NCBI RefSeq assembly: GCF_018350175.1
Contig: NC_058368.1
Coordinates: 90,646,001 to 90,710,000 of the forward strand
Length of the DNA: 64,000 bases
Direction: 5' to 3'
Source of the DNA: Felis catus
Taxonomy: Eukaryota
A program made the position numbers and the translations under genes. This document shows positions 47,101 through 61,084 of this stretch, piece by piece (the first letter of the stretch is position 1; every line of letters starts with the position of its first letter). The notes under the pieces are model-generated. The model saw only the letters and a list, made by a program, of their open reading frames with translations. It had not been told where the DNA came from and ran no database searches.

Positions 47101-47730
47101 TAGCAGTTCTCAAAGTGTGGCCAAAACTATTTTCATAATAATGCTAAGATGTCATTTGCCTTTTTCATTCTCTCTCCCTTGAGCATACAGTGGAATTTTC
47201 CAGAGACCACATTCCTGGTGACATTGCAGCAGGTTGAAGGCTGGAGCAGATCTGAGAATCCAGCTGTCTCGCTAAGCCAGACATTAAAGAGATTTGCAAA
47301 TGTGAGCAGAATGCCACTTTCCTCACTAAGATTTTCAGAGATATCATTATTTTTCATGGAAATGTTATTTATATTAACATGCAATGTTTTTTTAAATTGC
47401 CATTTAAAAATAAAAGGGGCACCTGTGTGGCTCAGTCAGTTAAGTGTCCGACTTTGGTTCAGGTCATGGTCTCTTGGTTTGTGGATTCCAGCCCCGCATC
47501 AGGCTCCTCACTGCTGGTGTGGAGCCTGCTTGGGATTCTCTCTCTGTCTTCCTCTCTGCCCCTTCCCATTTGCACTCTCTGTCTCTCAAAATAGAAAAAA
47601 ATTAACTTAAAAAAATTTTGAAATCTTCTCTGTTCTCTCTTAATATCTAATGCAGTTAAAACTGATAGATATACCTCACATAAGCAAAAGTTCTTTAGGG
47701 AATTTGCATAATTTTTTAAGAGCATTAGGC
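47101..47730 (+). mobile_element. Charlie4-like hAT transposon fragment with a nested SINE (47416-47615)
   Basis: CAGTTCTCAAAGTGTGG...AAAACTATTTTCATAATAAT...GAGAATCCAGCTGTCT...AAGCCAGACATTAAAGAGATTTGCAAA. Confidence 0.65.
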
Positions 47731-49310
47731 AAAAATACATGTATGTGAGTATACATGTACAAGATGTATAGGTATGTATTATAAATATATGTACAAGGAT
47801 ATATGAGGCAAAAATGTTTGATAATCATTGTTCTTTTTTTTTAAATGTTTATTTATTTTTGAGAGAGAGAGAGAGTCAGAGCTCGAGCAGAGAGAGGGAG
47901 ACACAGAATCCGAAGCAGGCTCCAGGTTCTGAGCTGTCAGCACAGAGCCCGATGTGGGGCTCGAACTCACGAACCGTGAGATCATGACCCGAGCTGAAGT
48001 TGGATACTCGACTGACTGAGTCACTCAGGCCCCCCTGACAATCATTGTTCTGTATGTCATCACATGTCCATAGATACACATCAATGTTTTTAAATTATAA
48101 ATTTATAAAGAACCAACATGTACAGAGAAGGGAAAAATCATTTGTAATCTTATTGTTAAGAGATTAAAGACAATTGCTATTGGCATTTTGTCATGTTTTC
48201 TAATTATGTTTCTGCAAGTATTTGTCCGCAGTTAATGCCTTCTGAATACAAGCTCAGAGTTCCAGGTTGCACCAGCCTGCAGATCCAAATGTCTTGTGCT
48301 GTCCACACAGGAACTTGGGGGCTCTGAGGCTCCATACATTCACCTGCTTATGCTGTGTGTAGCCCAGGTTCCTGGGGCTGGCTGTCTCTCGCCATCTTTC
48401 TAGAGCTTTCAAGGAGCCTTACTTGAGTAATCCCAGTTACCTCTGATTGTCGCCTTACAGGCTCTGGCTAAGATATGTCTCCAGGTGTCACTTCCTGCCA
48501 TGCGGCAGCCCTCAACCCTCCCACCTCAGTCCCTCCTGGCTTCTGTGAAGTGTAGAGGGCTCCTCTCATCCTGTGAGGTGGCCAAGGCCTTGTAGCACCC
48601 TGCCCCTGCTCCCCTGATCTCTTCTCACTCTGCTTTCCTGGGTCAAGGCTTCTGTCCTGACCTGCCATGCTGCTACTATTTTTAGGCTCTGTGTGGGTCT
48701 CCACGGTGTCCACTTCTTTAACACCTGTGGCGGGGCCAGCTCTGCACAGTGACCCAAGACCTCCCCATGCATGTCTCTCCTCTGAGTGCACCGAGAAAGC
48801 CTGCCTGCTGCCACATTCAGCTCCCAGAAGGAATGGACCATGGAGCCACAGAGGTGGAGAAGACCCTTGGCGAGCCCAGGTGGGAAGGGAGGGGCCTTGA
48901 GCTGAGCACCCAGTGAAGAGGTTCTCCACCCTGCCTCCCCAGGGCCCATGGGGCTCCAGGAGGGGCTGCCCAGGTAGGTTCAGGCCAGCCCCCTGTTGCT
49001 TCAGCTGTCCAGGTTGTGCCTTGCTCCTGGTGCTCACCTGCCGTCCTTGGCCTCCTTCCCCACCATCCGGCAGACAGATTTGACTGTGATTGTGAGCCCC
49101 ACTGAGGCTCTTCCCCACGGTGTGGCTGGGCCCTCAGAAAATCTAGAGATGTGGCTAGACCCCAAGCCCCATGAAAAGCATTTCAGACTGTCCATGAGAG
49201 TGCAGAGCTTGGTGTGCCCAGAGCCCGCTGGGTCCTGGGGGTTATCCAACTCTACAGACTGGCCGATCTGCCTCTCTGCTTTAGCTGGACACAGTATCCA
49301 ACCCCACTGA

Positions 49311-49355
49311 TATTTGGACATTGGAAATTCCAGTATTTGGACATTGGAAATTCCA
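49311..49355. repeat. 23-bp-period tandem duplication
   Basis: TATTTGGACATTGGAAATTCCA occurs twice, followed by a partial TTGGAAATT near 49362. Confidence 0.95.
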
Positions 49356-51401
49356 ACTCACTTGGAAATTAAATTCAGTGAGGGACGCCTGGGTGGCTCA
49401 GTTGGTTGAGCATCTGACTTTGGCTGAGGTCATGATCTCGTGGTTCGTGGGTTTGAGCCCTGCGCTGACGTGGACCCCAATTCTGATCTTCTGTCCCCTT
49501 CTCTCTCTGCCACTCCCCTGCTTGTGGCCTTTCAAAAAAAATTAAACAAATTGAGTTCAGTGAAAGGCACAGATCTGAAACGTAGAGTTCAGTGATTTTT
49601 GACTACTATTTATATATCTGTGTAGCCAACACCACAGTCAAGATACAGAACATTGTCATCACCCCAGAAAATTCTATCCTGTTCCTTTCCAGTCTATCTG
49701 CTCTCCCTCCCCAGGCAACTACTATTCTGATTTCTATTCGAAAATATTAATTTTTTTGTGGGGTGCCTGGGTGGCTCAGTCGGTTGAGCGTCCGACTTCA
49801 GCTCAGGTCACAATCTCATGGTTCGTGAGTTCAAGCCCCGCGTTGGGATCTGTGCTGACAGCTCAGAGCCTGGAGCCTGCTTTGGATTCTGTGTCTCCCT
49901 CTCTCTCTGCCCCTCCCACACTTGTGCTCTGTCTCTCTGTCTCTGTCTCTCAAAATAAATAAACATTAAAAAAAACCCCAAACTATTAGGTTATTTGTGT
50001 TTTGTTTCCTTTCTGGTTTTCAACTTCATATTAATGTAGCATAAACCACACACTCTTTTGAATCTGGCTCATTTAGCTAAAAACACTTTTTTGAAGTCCT
50101 TCCTTGTTTTTGCATGTATCAGCAAATCATTCCTTTAAATTTTATTTTTATTTATATGTTTATTTATTTTTGAGAGAAAGAGAGGGAGAGAGAGGAAGAA
50201 AGAGAGAGGGAGGGGCAAAGAGAGGGAGACACAGAATCCAAAGCAGGCTCCAGCCTCCAAGCTGTCAGCACAGAGCCGGATGCGGGGCTCGAACTCAGGA
50301 ACCATGAGATGGTTACCTGAGCCAAAGTCTGACGCTCAACCTACGGAGCTACCCACATGCCCCTCCTTAAGTAATTTAAATGTGAGTATCTTAGTGGGTG
50401 TGTAGGAATACCTTGTAGTTTTCATTTGCACATGAACTTTATTGTTTACATATTTATTTTGTTTTTAGTTATGAATATATTTATACTCTGCTTTATTCCA
50501 AGAAAGATTTTAGATGGTTAATTTGTGTTCTCCTTTTTTTTCCTGTAGAGCCTTATATCATAATCTATTTTAGAAGCATTTAAAACATGATTGTGTACTT
50601 TATTTTTAAATGGCTGCATAACATTCCAGAATGTGAATGAATCATGTTATCTTCTTTTGGCCATTTTAGGCAGTAGAGCATGGAGGTGAAGGCCGGGCGC
50701 CCTGGAGCCAGAGGTCTGTGTTTGAAGGCCTTGGGAAGGTGACTCAAGCTCTCAATCCTTCTCTGCAAAGTCTCATGGAGGTTGTAAGCATTGAGTAAGA
50801 AAATTCATGAGAAAACCTTAAAGGGGTAAGTGTGCAATAAACGCTCCTTTCTATCATAAACCACATTGCCATTGTGCATAAAGCTTTTTCCCTTTTTAGG
50901 ATTACTCCCTTAGGATCAATATTCAGAAGTGAAATTACTGGGTCAGTAGATGGGAGTGTTTTTAAGAATCTTGATAGCTATCCCCAAATTGCTCTCTAAA
51001 AGGCACCTATTTACCAGCAGCATATGGGAATGCCCATGTCACCACACCATTCCTGGAAAGTGGTGACTTTTATCAGAGTGGAATATTCTTTTTTTTTTTA
51101 ATGCTTTTATTTATTTTTGAGAGACAGAGAGAGTGCACAGGGGAGGGGCAGAGAGAGAGGGAGACACAGAATCTGAAGCAGGCTCCAGGCTCTGAGCTAT
51201 CAGCACAGATCCCAATGTAGAACTTGAACTCATGAACTGTGAGATAATGACCTGAGCCAAAGTTGGACTTTCAACCAACTGACACACCCAGGTGCCCCTG
51301 GACTGTTCTGTCTGTAAGTGAGGGAAACCATGTTCATGAGGCAGCAACTCAGGAATCACTCCTCACATCTATGCCAGTGACAGCTGCCACCTGCCTCTCC
51401 A

Positions 51402-51805
51402 TGTATCAGCTAGCTATTGCCACAGTTATGCTGCATAACAAACCACCCCCACATGTCAATGGTGTATAGCAATGAGTATTTATTTCCTACTTATGAGTTT
51501 GCAGGTTAGCTGGTGTGGCTCTGCTTCATGCTGAAGGTAGGCCAGGCAACTGTGCTCCACATATCTCTCATCCTCCTCTGGGGACTAGCAGGGACATGCT
51601 CATCACTGGGTGATGGCAGGAGCCTGAGACAGGGCCCACTCGACCACACAGACACATTTCAAATTTTTGCTGGTGTCCTATCTGCTAACATTCTATTGGC
51701 TGAGTCAAGGGGTGAGAAAGTGTGTCTCACCCACAGTGAGGCTGTGGCAAGGATGTGGGTGGAGGGAAGGTTGAAGAATTGGGGCCAATAATTCAGACTA
51801 CTACT
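51402..51805 (-). mobile_element. MLT1-like MaLR LTR
   Basis: Begins TGTATCAGCTAGCTATTGC...ATGCTGCATAACAAACCACCCC, the typical antisense MLT1 end. Confidence 0.6.
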
Positions 51806-52089
51806 CCAGCTTTCCACTGTTGTAAACTAAAGGAAGAAGTGTCTGGGGTGCCTGGGTGGCTCAGCCAGTTAAACGTCTGACTTTGACTCAGGTCATGATC
51901 TCACAACTTGTAAGTTTGAGCCCTGCATCGGGCTTTGTGCTGGCAACTCAGAACCTGGAGCCTGCTTTGGATTCTGTGTCTCCCTCTTTCTCTGCCCTTC
52001 CCCTGCTCATGCTCTGTCTCTGTCTCTCTCTCAAAAATAAGCATTAAAAAAACTTTTTAAAAGAAGTTTCTTTTTTCCTCTTAAAAAAA

Positions 52090-52377
52090 ATTAAGGTATA
52101 ACTGACGTATCACATTATATTAGTTCCAAGTGTACAACATAATCATTTGATACTTGTATATACTGCAAAATGATCACCGTGGTGGGTCTAGTTAACATCC
52201 TTCACCACACATAGTTATGCCGTTTACCTCTTGTGATGACAACTTTTAAGATTTATTCTCTTAGCAACTTTCAAATATACAGTACAGCATTATTAACTAT
52301 ACTCACCAAGCTGTACATTACATCCCAGAATGTACTTGTTTTATTCTTTTAAAAATTTTAAAAGTTTATTTATCTAT

Positions 52378-52408
<31 letters not shown>

Positions 52409-52410
52409 TT

Positions 52411-52450
<40 letters not shown>

Positions 52451-53207
52451 CGCAGGGGAGAGGCAGAGAGAGAAAGGGAGAGAGAGAATCCCAAGCAGGC
52501 TCCATGCTGTCATTGTGGAGCCCGGCTTGGGGCTCAAACTCACAAATTGTGAGATCGTGACCTAGGCCAAAACCAAGAGTCAGATGCTTAACTGACTGAG
52601 CCACCCAGGCCCCTCAGAACTTACTATTTTTATAACTAGAAGTTTGTAACTTTTGGTTTCCTTCAACCATCTGGCCAACTGCCCCCCACCCCCTTGCTTC
52701 TGACAACTACCCATCTATTCTCTGTATCCATGAACTCCGTTAATTTTTAAAAAACTTTTAGAGTCCACATATAAATGAGATCACATGGTATTTATCTTTC
52801 TCAGACTTATTTCAGTTAGCATAGTGCCCTCAAGGTCCACCCATGTTGTCACAAATGGCAAGATTTCAATCATTTTTATGGCTGAACAATATTCCATTGT
52901 GTATGTACTCCCCATCTTCCTTATCCATTCCTCCACTGATGGACACTTAGCTTGTTGCCATATCTTGTTTTTTGTAAATTATGCTGCAATGAACACAGGG
53001 GTGTATGTATGTTTTAGGATTAGTGTGTGTTTTCTTCAGATAAATACCCAGAAGCATAATTGCTCGATTGTATGGTTTTTCTATTTCTAATTTTTTGAGG
53101 ATCCTCCAAACTGTGTTCCACAGTGGCTGTATCAATTTCATTCCCCCCAACAGTGCATGAGGGTTCTCTTTTTGCTACATCCTTGCCAACACTTGTTATT
53201 TCTTGTA
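52090..53207 (-). mobile_element. L1 3' region (carnivore/L1MA-type) with a nested SINE (about 52345-52614)
   Basis: Antisense L1 3'UTR and ORF2 end. ORF 52947-53150 translates to L1 ORF2-like QPLWNTVWRILKKLEIEKPY...LLGIY. Confidence 0.85.
52366..52452. repeat. Compound (TTTA)n(GA)n microsatellite in a SINE tail; other STRs at 4107-4133, 14443-14457, 16372-16416, 24801-24830, 33326-33372, 37232-37270 and 41731-41759
   Basis: Simple repeats read directly from the sequence. Confidence 0.9.
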
Positions 53208-53314
53208 CAAAAGGAGTTTATTGGATACGAAGGGATAAAAGGGAGATTTCTGTTTAACTCAATATGTTGATATGTTAGGAATTCCTGTTTTTCATGTTTA
53301 ATCAACTCAGTACT

Positions 53315-53840
53315 CTTTTTTTAAAAATCTTTTTCTTTTTTGGGGCTCCTGGGTGGCGCAGTCGGTTAAGCGTCCGACTTCAGCCAGGTCACGATCTCAC
53401 GGTCTGTGAGTTTGAGCCCCCCGTCGGGCTCTGGGCTGATGGCTCAGAGCCTGGAGCCTGTTTCCGATTCTGTGTCTCCCTCTCTCTCTGCCCCTCCCCC
53501 ATTCATGCTCTGTCTCTCTCTGTCCCAAAAATAAATAAACGTTGAAAAAAAAATTAAAAAAAAATCTTTTCCTTTTTTAATGTTTATTTTTGGGAAAGAA
53601 AGCATGCATGCAAGTGGGGGAAGGGGAGAGGAGGGGGGAGGGAGTGGGGGGAGAACAAGGGGGAAGACGAGAGGAAGGGGAGGGGGAGAGGAGCAAGAGA
53701 AAGGAAGACAAAGGATTTGAAGTGGGCTCTGTGCTGACAGCAGAAAGCCTGATGTGATGCGGGGCTTGAACTCACAAACTGTGAGATCGTGACCTGATCT
53801 GAAGTTGGACGCTTAACTGACTAAGCCACCCAGAGGCCCC
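53315..53840. mobile_element. Young + strand Can-SINE (53342-53560) nested in the tail of an older - strand Can-SINE
   Basis: Inner TSD AAAATCTTTT(T/C)CTTTTT. Outer TSD AACTCAGTA(C/T)TCTTTT. Confidence 0.85.
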
Positions 53841-56800
53841 AACTCAGTATTCTTTTTAAGAGAATGCATCAGGATACAGCATTTTCTGCACAGTTCCTGA
53901 TCGTATATGCTCTTTCTTCCACCCCAGGTGGCTCTCCACATAGTGTGATCTGACTTACTGCAGCTAATATGGTGCTGGAAACAACAGGTGGTAATTGAAA
54001 TGAATCTGTTATATGTACTCCCACCTTACCCTTGCCCTTGAGTACATTCAAAGGCAAAACATTTAAAAATACCTTCATTAACTTAGAAAAGCCAAACTGG
54101 CTTTCTTGTCCAATTATTTAGTGAATCAGTGCAGTTTAGTAAAAATCTCAAATCAAGTTATTTTCAGAAGTACGGCAGTTCTAATGGGATAATTTGCCCC
54201 CCCCCCAAAAAAAGATCTGTTCTTGCAATGGGACAGTCCATGTGGACCTTGATCATGATTTTGCTTCTTTTCCTCCCTGCTACTCCCATTATCCCTACCA
54301 TGTTGCGTGCATTTGAGATTTTAATTCCAGATTGAAATTTAACTTTAAAAAAAAAAACGTATGCATCAACTCTAAGCTTTTACTTTGTTTCCCCCTCTGT
54401 TATTTACTGGACCCTATGTCTTCCACTTTCTTGGATTCTTGGGGGCAGTTTACAGGCGGTATGAAGCTACACATGCTTAAAAGTGTCTTTGTTTTGATCC
54501 CCACTTGAATGCCAGTTCAGCTGGGTATTGGATTCTAGGTTAAAAATTTTTTTTTTCTTTCAGAACATGAAAGGACTTGGTCTACTATTTTCCAGCATTG
54601 AGGGTTAATGATGGAGATGTCCAATGTCAAGCTGATTTTCATCCTATTGTGGTAACCTATTTCCTTTCTTTGGAAGCTGGTAGGATTTTCCTCTCACCTT
54701 TGGTATTCCAAAATCTTACCACAGTGTGTCTAGATTTTTGAAATTATTATTATTATTATTGCTGAGAGAGAGAGAGAGAAAGAGAGAGAGAGGAGAGAGA
54801 GAGAGGAGAGAGAGAGAGAGAGGGAGAGGGAGAATGCACTGGGGAGAGGCAGAGAGAGAGGGAGAGAGAGAATCCCAAGCAGGCTCCTGGCTGTCAGCAC
54901 AGAGTGGGGCTCAATCTCAGGAACTGTGAGACCATGACCTGAGCCGAAATCAAGAGCTGGATGCTTAATGGACTGGGCCACCCAGGCGCCCCTAGATTTT
55001 TGAAATTCTGTTTCATTTTTCATTCATCCTGTTTAGCATTCAGTGAACCCTATCGGTCTGAAGGCTTATGTCTTTCTTCAGCTCTGAATGCCCACCTGCC
55101 GTCCTATTTGTTCTTTTGGGTACTTCTTCACTCTTATCTGTGTTCTCCCTTTAGAACTTCTGTCATACAGTTATTGGAATTTCTGGGTCTACCCTCCATA
55201 TCTCATGACTTTTAACTCATATTTTCTATTTCTTTATCATTTCACACTAAGCTTTAGGGGAATTCTTTGGTCTGATTTTCCATGTCACATATTCTCAATT
55301 TCCATGTAACATATTGTCTCAATATTCGCCCCATCTTTTGAGTGTTTGAAGTTAGTCTTCAGTTTTTATCCATTGCAATTAATTTTTTATGGATGAAATA
55401 CACACCGTTTTCTCTCTAAAGACAGAAGTTGTAGATATTGGGGTACCTGACTGGTTCAGTGGGTGGAGCATGTGAATCTTGATCTTGCGGTTGTGAGTTT
55501 GAGTCCAATGTTGGGTGTAGAGTTTACTCAAAAAAAAAAAGTTGTAGTTATTATAATGTTTCCTTTATTTTCTCTATTGATCTCCTTTGGTTGTAGTTCT
55601 TCCAGGTTATGTTTGATGTTACTCTGTTGTGGTGTTGGTTTCCTCAAATGTTTGGCGATTCTTGGCCATCTGCCGTCCTTATGTCTAAGAATTCCTACTA
55701 GCTTGCTTATTCTAGGGATCATATCTGCCTCTGATGACTATTGAGGTGGGGTGGGTTCTACTCCTCAGAGGGTGTAGAAGTCACCTGTCCTTTCTGGAGC
55801 ATCAGTAGTCACTGGGGTAGTCACTGCCTTGCTTCTCTGAACCAAGTATGCACACTCTCGGATTTAGGTTGGGGACAAATGTTATGTTCCAATGATGGTG
55901 ATCTTTCTTATTTTCCCATGCCATTGTGAATTTTTTTCCCTTTACTTTTCTTTCCCTTTTCTGTATTTTCTAATTAAACAAGACTTTTCTGTCATTTAAT
56001 AGGATTTTGGTTAGGAGGGAGGTCAAATGGGGGTGCTCGGTCCTCCATCTGGCTCTGATCTACATTTTTAGCAAAACAACTAAGTTTGGAAGTTTGAAAC
56101 TAACGACATTAGGGCTGAGAGATTTCTTAATGTAAATATATTTCAGCAGAGTTAATGAAAACTTGGAGTGCTTACAAAGTTGGATGTATTACATGTGTGA
56201 CAAATTATATATAAACCAGATTTCATTTCCTGTTGTTTTTTTTTTTCAATCAGCAAAGAAAAAATGGCAAGAAAACCAAGTCTCCTGTATTTTAGCTACG
56301 CATTTTAAGGGATAATGCATATTTAAACATTTTCAGCATTTGCTGTTAAGATGAATAAAACTTTACAATAAAATCCCCCTGAAGCATAAAGTTCCAGCCA
56401 GCAATGAGCCCCTCATTCGGATATGGTTCAGGCTTCGCCTCAGAGAGCCCGTCGGCCTCAAGCTGCTGCTGTTAGCAACCACAGTGCCGTTTCCCTCACT
56501 TGTCTGCCATCACTATGGTGATTCTCGTTAAATAAAGTGAACAGTCCTGATCATGGGCACCAGCGCCTTATCTGTCATTTTTCCTGTGGCTGTCAGTTTC
56601 CACAAAACAACAGCCTTCTAGTCAATAAATGTTTGTTGAATATCTCCTATGTGCTCGATCCTAGAGGCACACAGACCAAAGGGACAAAATGCTTTCCCTC
56701 GAGGAAGCTCTCTACAGGGAAGAAAAAGCAAAAGACGTGGATTCTGTGGGTCATCAAAATAGGCACAGCAAAGGCAAAAGACAGATTCTGTGGTTCAAAG

Positions 56801-56874
56801 TGGACTCCAACTTTACTGTAGTTACTGAACTTAAAGATGTTTCCTGCTTGTGTAGTATAATCCTTTTATTTTTT

Positions 56875-56947
56875 TAAAATTTTATTTTTATAGTTTTTTA
56901 TTTATTATTTATTTTTGAAAAAGAGAGGGTGTGAGCAGGGGAGGAGC

Positions 56948-56978
<31 letters not shown>

Positions 56979-57336
56979 TTCTCAAGCAGGGTCTGAGCTG
57001 CCAGCACAGAGCCTGACATGGGGCTTGAACTCATGAAACTGAGAGATCACGACCTGAGCTGAAATCAAGAGTTGGATATTGGGGCACCTGGGTGGCTCAG
57101 TCAGTTAAGTGGCTGAGTTCGGCTCAGGTCATGATCTCATGGTTCATGAGTTCAAACCCTGAATCAGGCTCTGTGCTAACAGCTCAGAGCCTGGAGCCTG
57201 CTTTGGATTCTGTCCTCCTTCTCTCTCTGTCCCTCCCCTGCTTGCACTCTATCTCCCTCTCTCTCAAAAATAAATAAACATTAAAAAAAAAAAAAAAGAG
57301 TCGGATGCTTAACCGACTGAGCCATGCAGGTGCCCC
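56875..57336. mobile_element. + strand Can-SINE (57081-57296) nested inside a - strand Can-SINE
   Basis: AAGAGT(T/C)GGAT is duplicated on both sides of the inner element, and the outer element resumes in register. Confidence 0.85.
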
Positions 57337-60300
57337 AGTATTAACCCTTTTACAATTTTTTTAATTTTTGGAAGGGAGATAAGCTACAGGGTTCAAAAAT
57401 CAAGTGACATGCAAAGTTATTCTCATCCGCTCTTTCAACTCTGCTCACACCCTCTCTGGGTAACCATTTTTATTAGATTCTTGTTTCTACTTCTAATGTT
57501 TCCTTATGCAATTATATATGAATATGTATTTTAATTTTCCTGTCCTAAAATTGGTGGCATGCTATATACATGCCAATATATCCCCAGAGATCTTTCCATA
57601 TAGGTCCATAGAGATCTCCCTTGTTGCCGCTCACAGATCCTTACAGTCCCCTGTGTGGATGTCATAGCACATTAACCACACCCCTATCGGGGGCCACTTG
57701 GGATGGTTCCAATCTTTTGCCATTACAACGAATGCCCCAGTGAATAATCTTGTACGTCTGCCATTTGTATGCATGCAGAGGGATTTGCAGAATTGATTTC
57801 CAGAGGCAACATTGCTGCCTCAAAGGGTACTTGCATCGACAATTTTGGCAGGGTGTTGTCAGCTGTCACCTTATAGGGGTTAACCCATCTGATTCTCTCC
57901 TAGCAATATCTGAGAGCACCTCTTTCTCCCCAGGGAAAAGATTTCTAATCCTTTCTTGTATTCCAGTAATCCAACCTTCCTTGTAATCCAACCTTCTCCC
58001 CACAGTGTTGTGTTTGTTCTCGCGTGTTGTCCAGGTTTCTGTTAGCACAAGTGAAGCTGCTTCTAAGTGGACAGTGTGTTCTCCTTGCTTTGTGGTGCAC
58101 CAGATGAGGGATCGTTGAAGGGAACCCAGAATGTTTCAGGGATGATGTGAAGCACCGGGTGGCTGGGGGCCAGGTTCGGGCTGCTGAGCAGTGGGAGGGA
58201 GGATCAGGAACAGATTGTGGAGAACTTGGGCTGCCATACACCAAGAGCTTTGGATTTTTCCTGCAGGCCATGGGCAGCCACTGAAGGTTTCAGAGCAGAG
58301 GGAGGAGATGGGTAGAACCATGTCAAGGCAGATTTTAATTCCAGTGGTCTGTGCAGGATGCAGAAGAGACTAGAGACCGTAATTTTTTATTTTAGCGCAG
58401 ACCTGCTGGGGTTTGCTATGGTAATAAATGCGTAATATTGCCATTTGGCAGTTGTCTGTTAAATCGCATGGAGGGGTTCTGGGAGAGAATTCCTGAGCCC
58501 TGGGGGCGGGAGCGGTGATTTTTCTCTACTATGTTTGCTGATTGCAAGCAGTGAGGGGCCACTTTTCCACTTGGCTTCTAGAGAGCTGTCCTCATCATTG
58601 CCATTCAGTGCACTTCAAGCTCACAAAGTGGCCGGAGCTTTTGAATCAAGGTTGCTTACCCCCTAATCTTGTGATATTATTTCCCACCTTCGAGGGAGAG
58701 GCAGTTCTTATGGGGCTACCCCTCATCCCAGACACCTGTGAAGAGCAGGTGTCAGACCCAAGAAAGGAAGGCCAGCCTCCTGAGGTTTTGCTCAGCTGTT
58801 TTCTACCCACAGAGTGGCCTTGCCAAACACCGTCGCCTGCCTCCTTGAGGGTGCTGGGAGCCGCGATGCTGTGTGCGGTTTCCATGGCAGTGGGCCGTGG
58901 GGACTGGCAGCCAGGTGGCTCGCTCGCCCAGCTCTGTGTTGGCTCACCTGTCTTGCTGTTGGCAGCTACCCCCTTCGCTCCTCTTAGCTCCTGGAGCTTT
59001 AGAATGTCTTTTGTTACCCCTTTATAAGTCTGATCTCTGTGGGAGAGGACCTTAAAGTTCTGAGCATATAAAAAGTGTGACTTTGTCTCTAAGCAGATTG
59101 AATAGCAGGAATTCAGAATGCCAGGGTGGAAAAGTACTGGGCGATGGCATGTCTCTCCGAAGCAAGGCTAGAACTCAGATGTGAAACTGACTCTGATAGC
59201 TGAGCTTCAGGCAAAGGGGGGCAGGAGGAACCCTCCACGGCGAAAAGGGGGGCTTGTCCCCCCACAAAGACCCCAGGATTGTCTGCATGGGTGTGGCTGG
59301 CACAGGCTTTTAGAATTCAGGGTCTGCCCATCTTTGTTTCATCTGATCTCTTCATTTAATTAACTCCGGGACACTGATCCTGTTGTACTTACTCCCTGCA
59401 GCCTAGAAATGCCGGTGTTGTCTTTGTCTCAGGTTTTCCAGGGAGGACACGTTATCACAAGATTCCAGGAATTAAGAGTCATGGGAGGGAAGGGAAGGAT
59501 CTCAAGTGGAGAAGGAAGTCAAAGTCAGGTGCAAGTTCATCTGTGTTTTCTCAGCAAGTGCTTCTTGTCTCCCTGTTAGCAGGCTGTGCCTGCTGTGTTT
59601 GCTGTCCCATGGCATTGGGACTGGCCAGCTCGTCACGCAGAGGACCCCGTTGGCCCTGCCCAGCAAGGACGCCAGGCTCCGGACTCGCCCTCCAGGCCAT
59701 GGTGGTGGGCCAGAGGTTTATTTAATGAGTTAATGCCACGATAGGGATGGAGACAAAGGCTCAAGGTCAGGGACAAGGACTCTGTCTTGGGAAATGAAGA
59801 CGGTTTCAGTGAATTCCTTCTGATCCAGTCATGAAGGAGCCACTGGAACACAGAACAGCAAAGCTCTTGTCACCTGCCTGAGACCCCAGAGAAATGGCTC
59901 TGAAGCCATGCGTTCTTCTTGGACGTATTGAAGAATCACCCATCAGAGCTGGGAAACAAACACAGAAAAACTCCACTGGAGCCCGAATAGGAGTCAAAGC
60001 AGATTTATCTCATCTTCTTAAGGCGCAAAATATCCTTTGTTCTAATCATCTGCAGTTAAGTCATGAACAGAGACAACAAAATTCCCTTTGGTAAACCCCC
60101 AAACTAATTAAACACATCTCTTTGGTTTGTATGATGACTAGGAAAGAGACAAGGCAAGAAGGAAAGACTGGGGAAATCAGTCTGTCCTGTTATTCCTGGG
60201 GCAAATGTTTTTGAGCACTTAATCACGTTTTTCGGCTTGGAGGTAGGAACCAGGTGAAGCTGAGTTAAGCTGGGGATTTGGAGAAGCAAGCAGCCAGCCA

Positions 60301-61084
60301 GATGGTAGCTAGAGGCCCGAGGACCTGGCCTTGGGCAGGTGAAGTGGTTGGGGAGGAGGGAAAGTAGAAACAGAGGTACGGAGGTGAGAGAGGGAAGCCC
60401 ATTCCAGGCATAGAGCTGGGGGGACGCTGCTGGAGGAAGAGGTGTGGGGAGAGATGGGCAGAGCCCACCGGCTTAGGGGGATGGACTCCGTGTTGCACAC
60501 GGGAGATGCCTTTGAACAGGGGAGAGGGGCTTCTCAGAGGCCATGTGGCTGATGGGTGGAATGGGGAGGTCTAAGCTCTCATAGGGACAGGGAACCCAGT
60601 GAGAGGGTTTTGCCAAAGCAGGAAGGAGAAAAGGAAGGGGCAGAGGGTGGACAGCTGGGTGCAGATTTGAGAAACGCCTGGGGTGGGCCGGCTGACCTGG
60701 AGTGGGAGGGAGGAGACCCCTGGACTTCTGGTGTGGACAGCCACAAGGCAGGCCATGCAGTTCACCAGGATAAAGACCTGGTGGGAGGGTGCCTTGGTGG
60801 GCACGATGGTGGGGCAGAGTGAAGGAGAATGATGGGTTTGAAGTTTTTTTTTTTTAATGTTTTATTTAACATTAAATTTAACATTTATTTTTGAGAGAGA
60901 GTGTGAACGGGGATGGGGCAGAGAGAGAGAGAGGGGGACAGAGGATCCAAAGCAGGCTCTGCACTGAGAGCAGAGAGCCCGATTCGGGGCTCGAACTCAT
61001 GAACCATGAGATCATGGCCTGAGTGGAAGTCAGACGCTCCACTGACTGAGCCACCCAGTGCCCCGAGGTTGAGTTTAACTAAGG

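Noticed and set aside
48468..49118. Longest ORF in the track (216 aa, minus strand)
   Set aside because: Non-ATG start, GC-rich composition, no recognisable domain and overlapping ORFs of similar quality in other frames. Consistent with chance.
52947..53150. ORF resembling the C-terminus of L1 ORF2
   Set aside because: Short degenerate fragment of a truncated L1, not an active element.
57966..57997. 17-bp-period duplication of GTAATCCAACCTTC
   Set aside because: Small slippage-type duplication near old L1-like sequence, with no functional cue.
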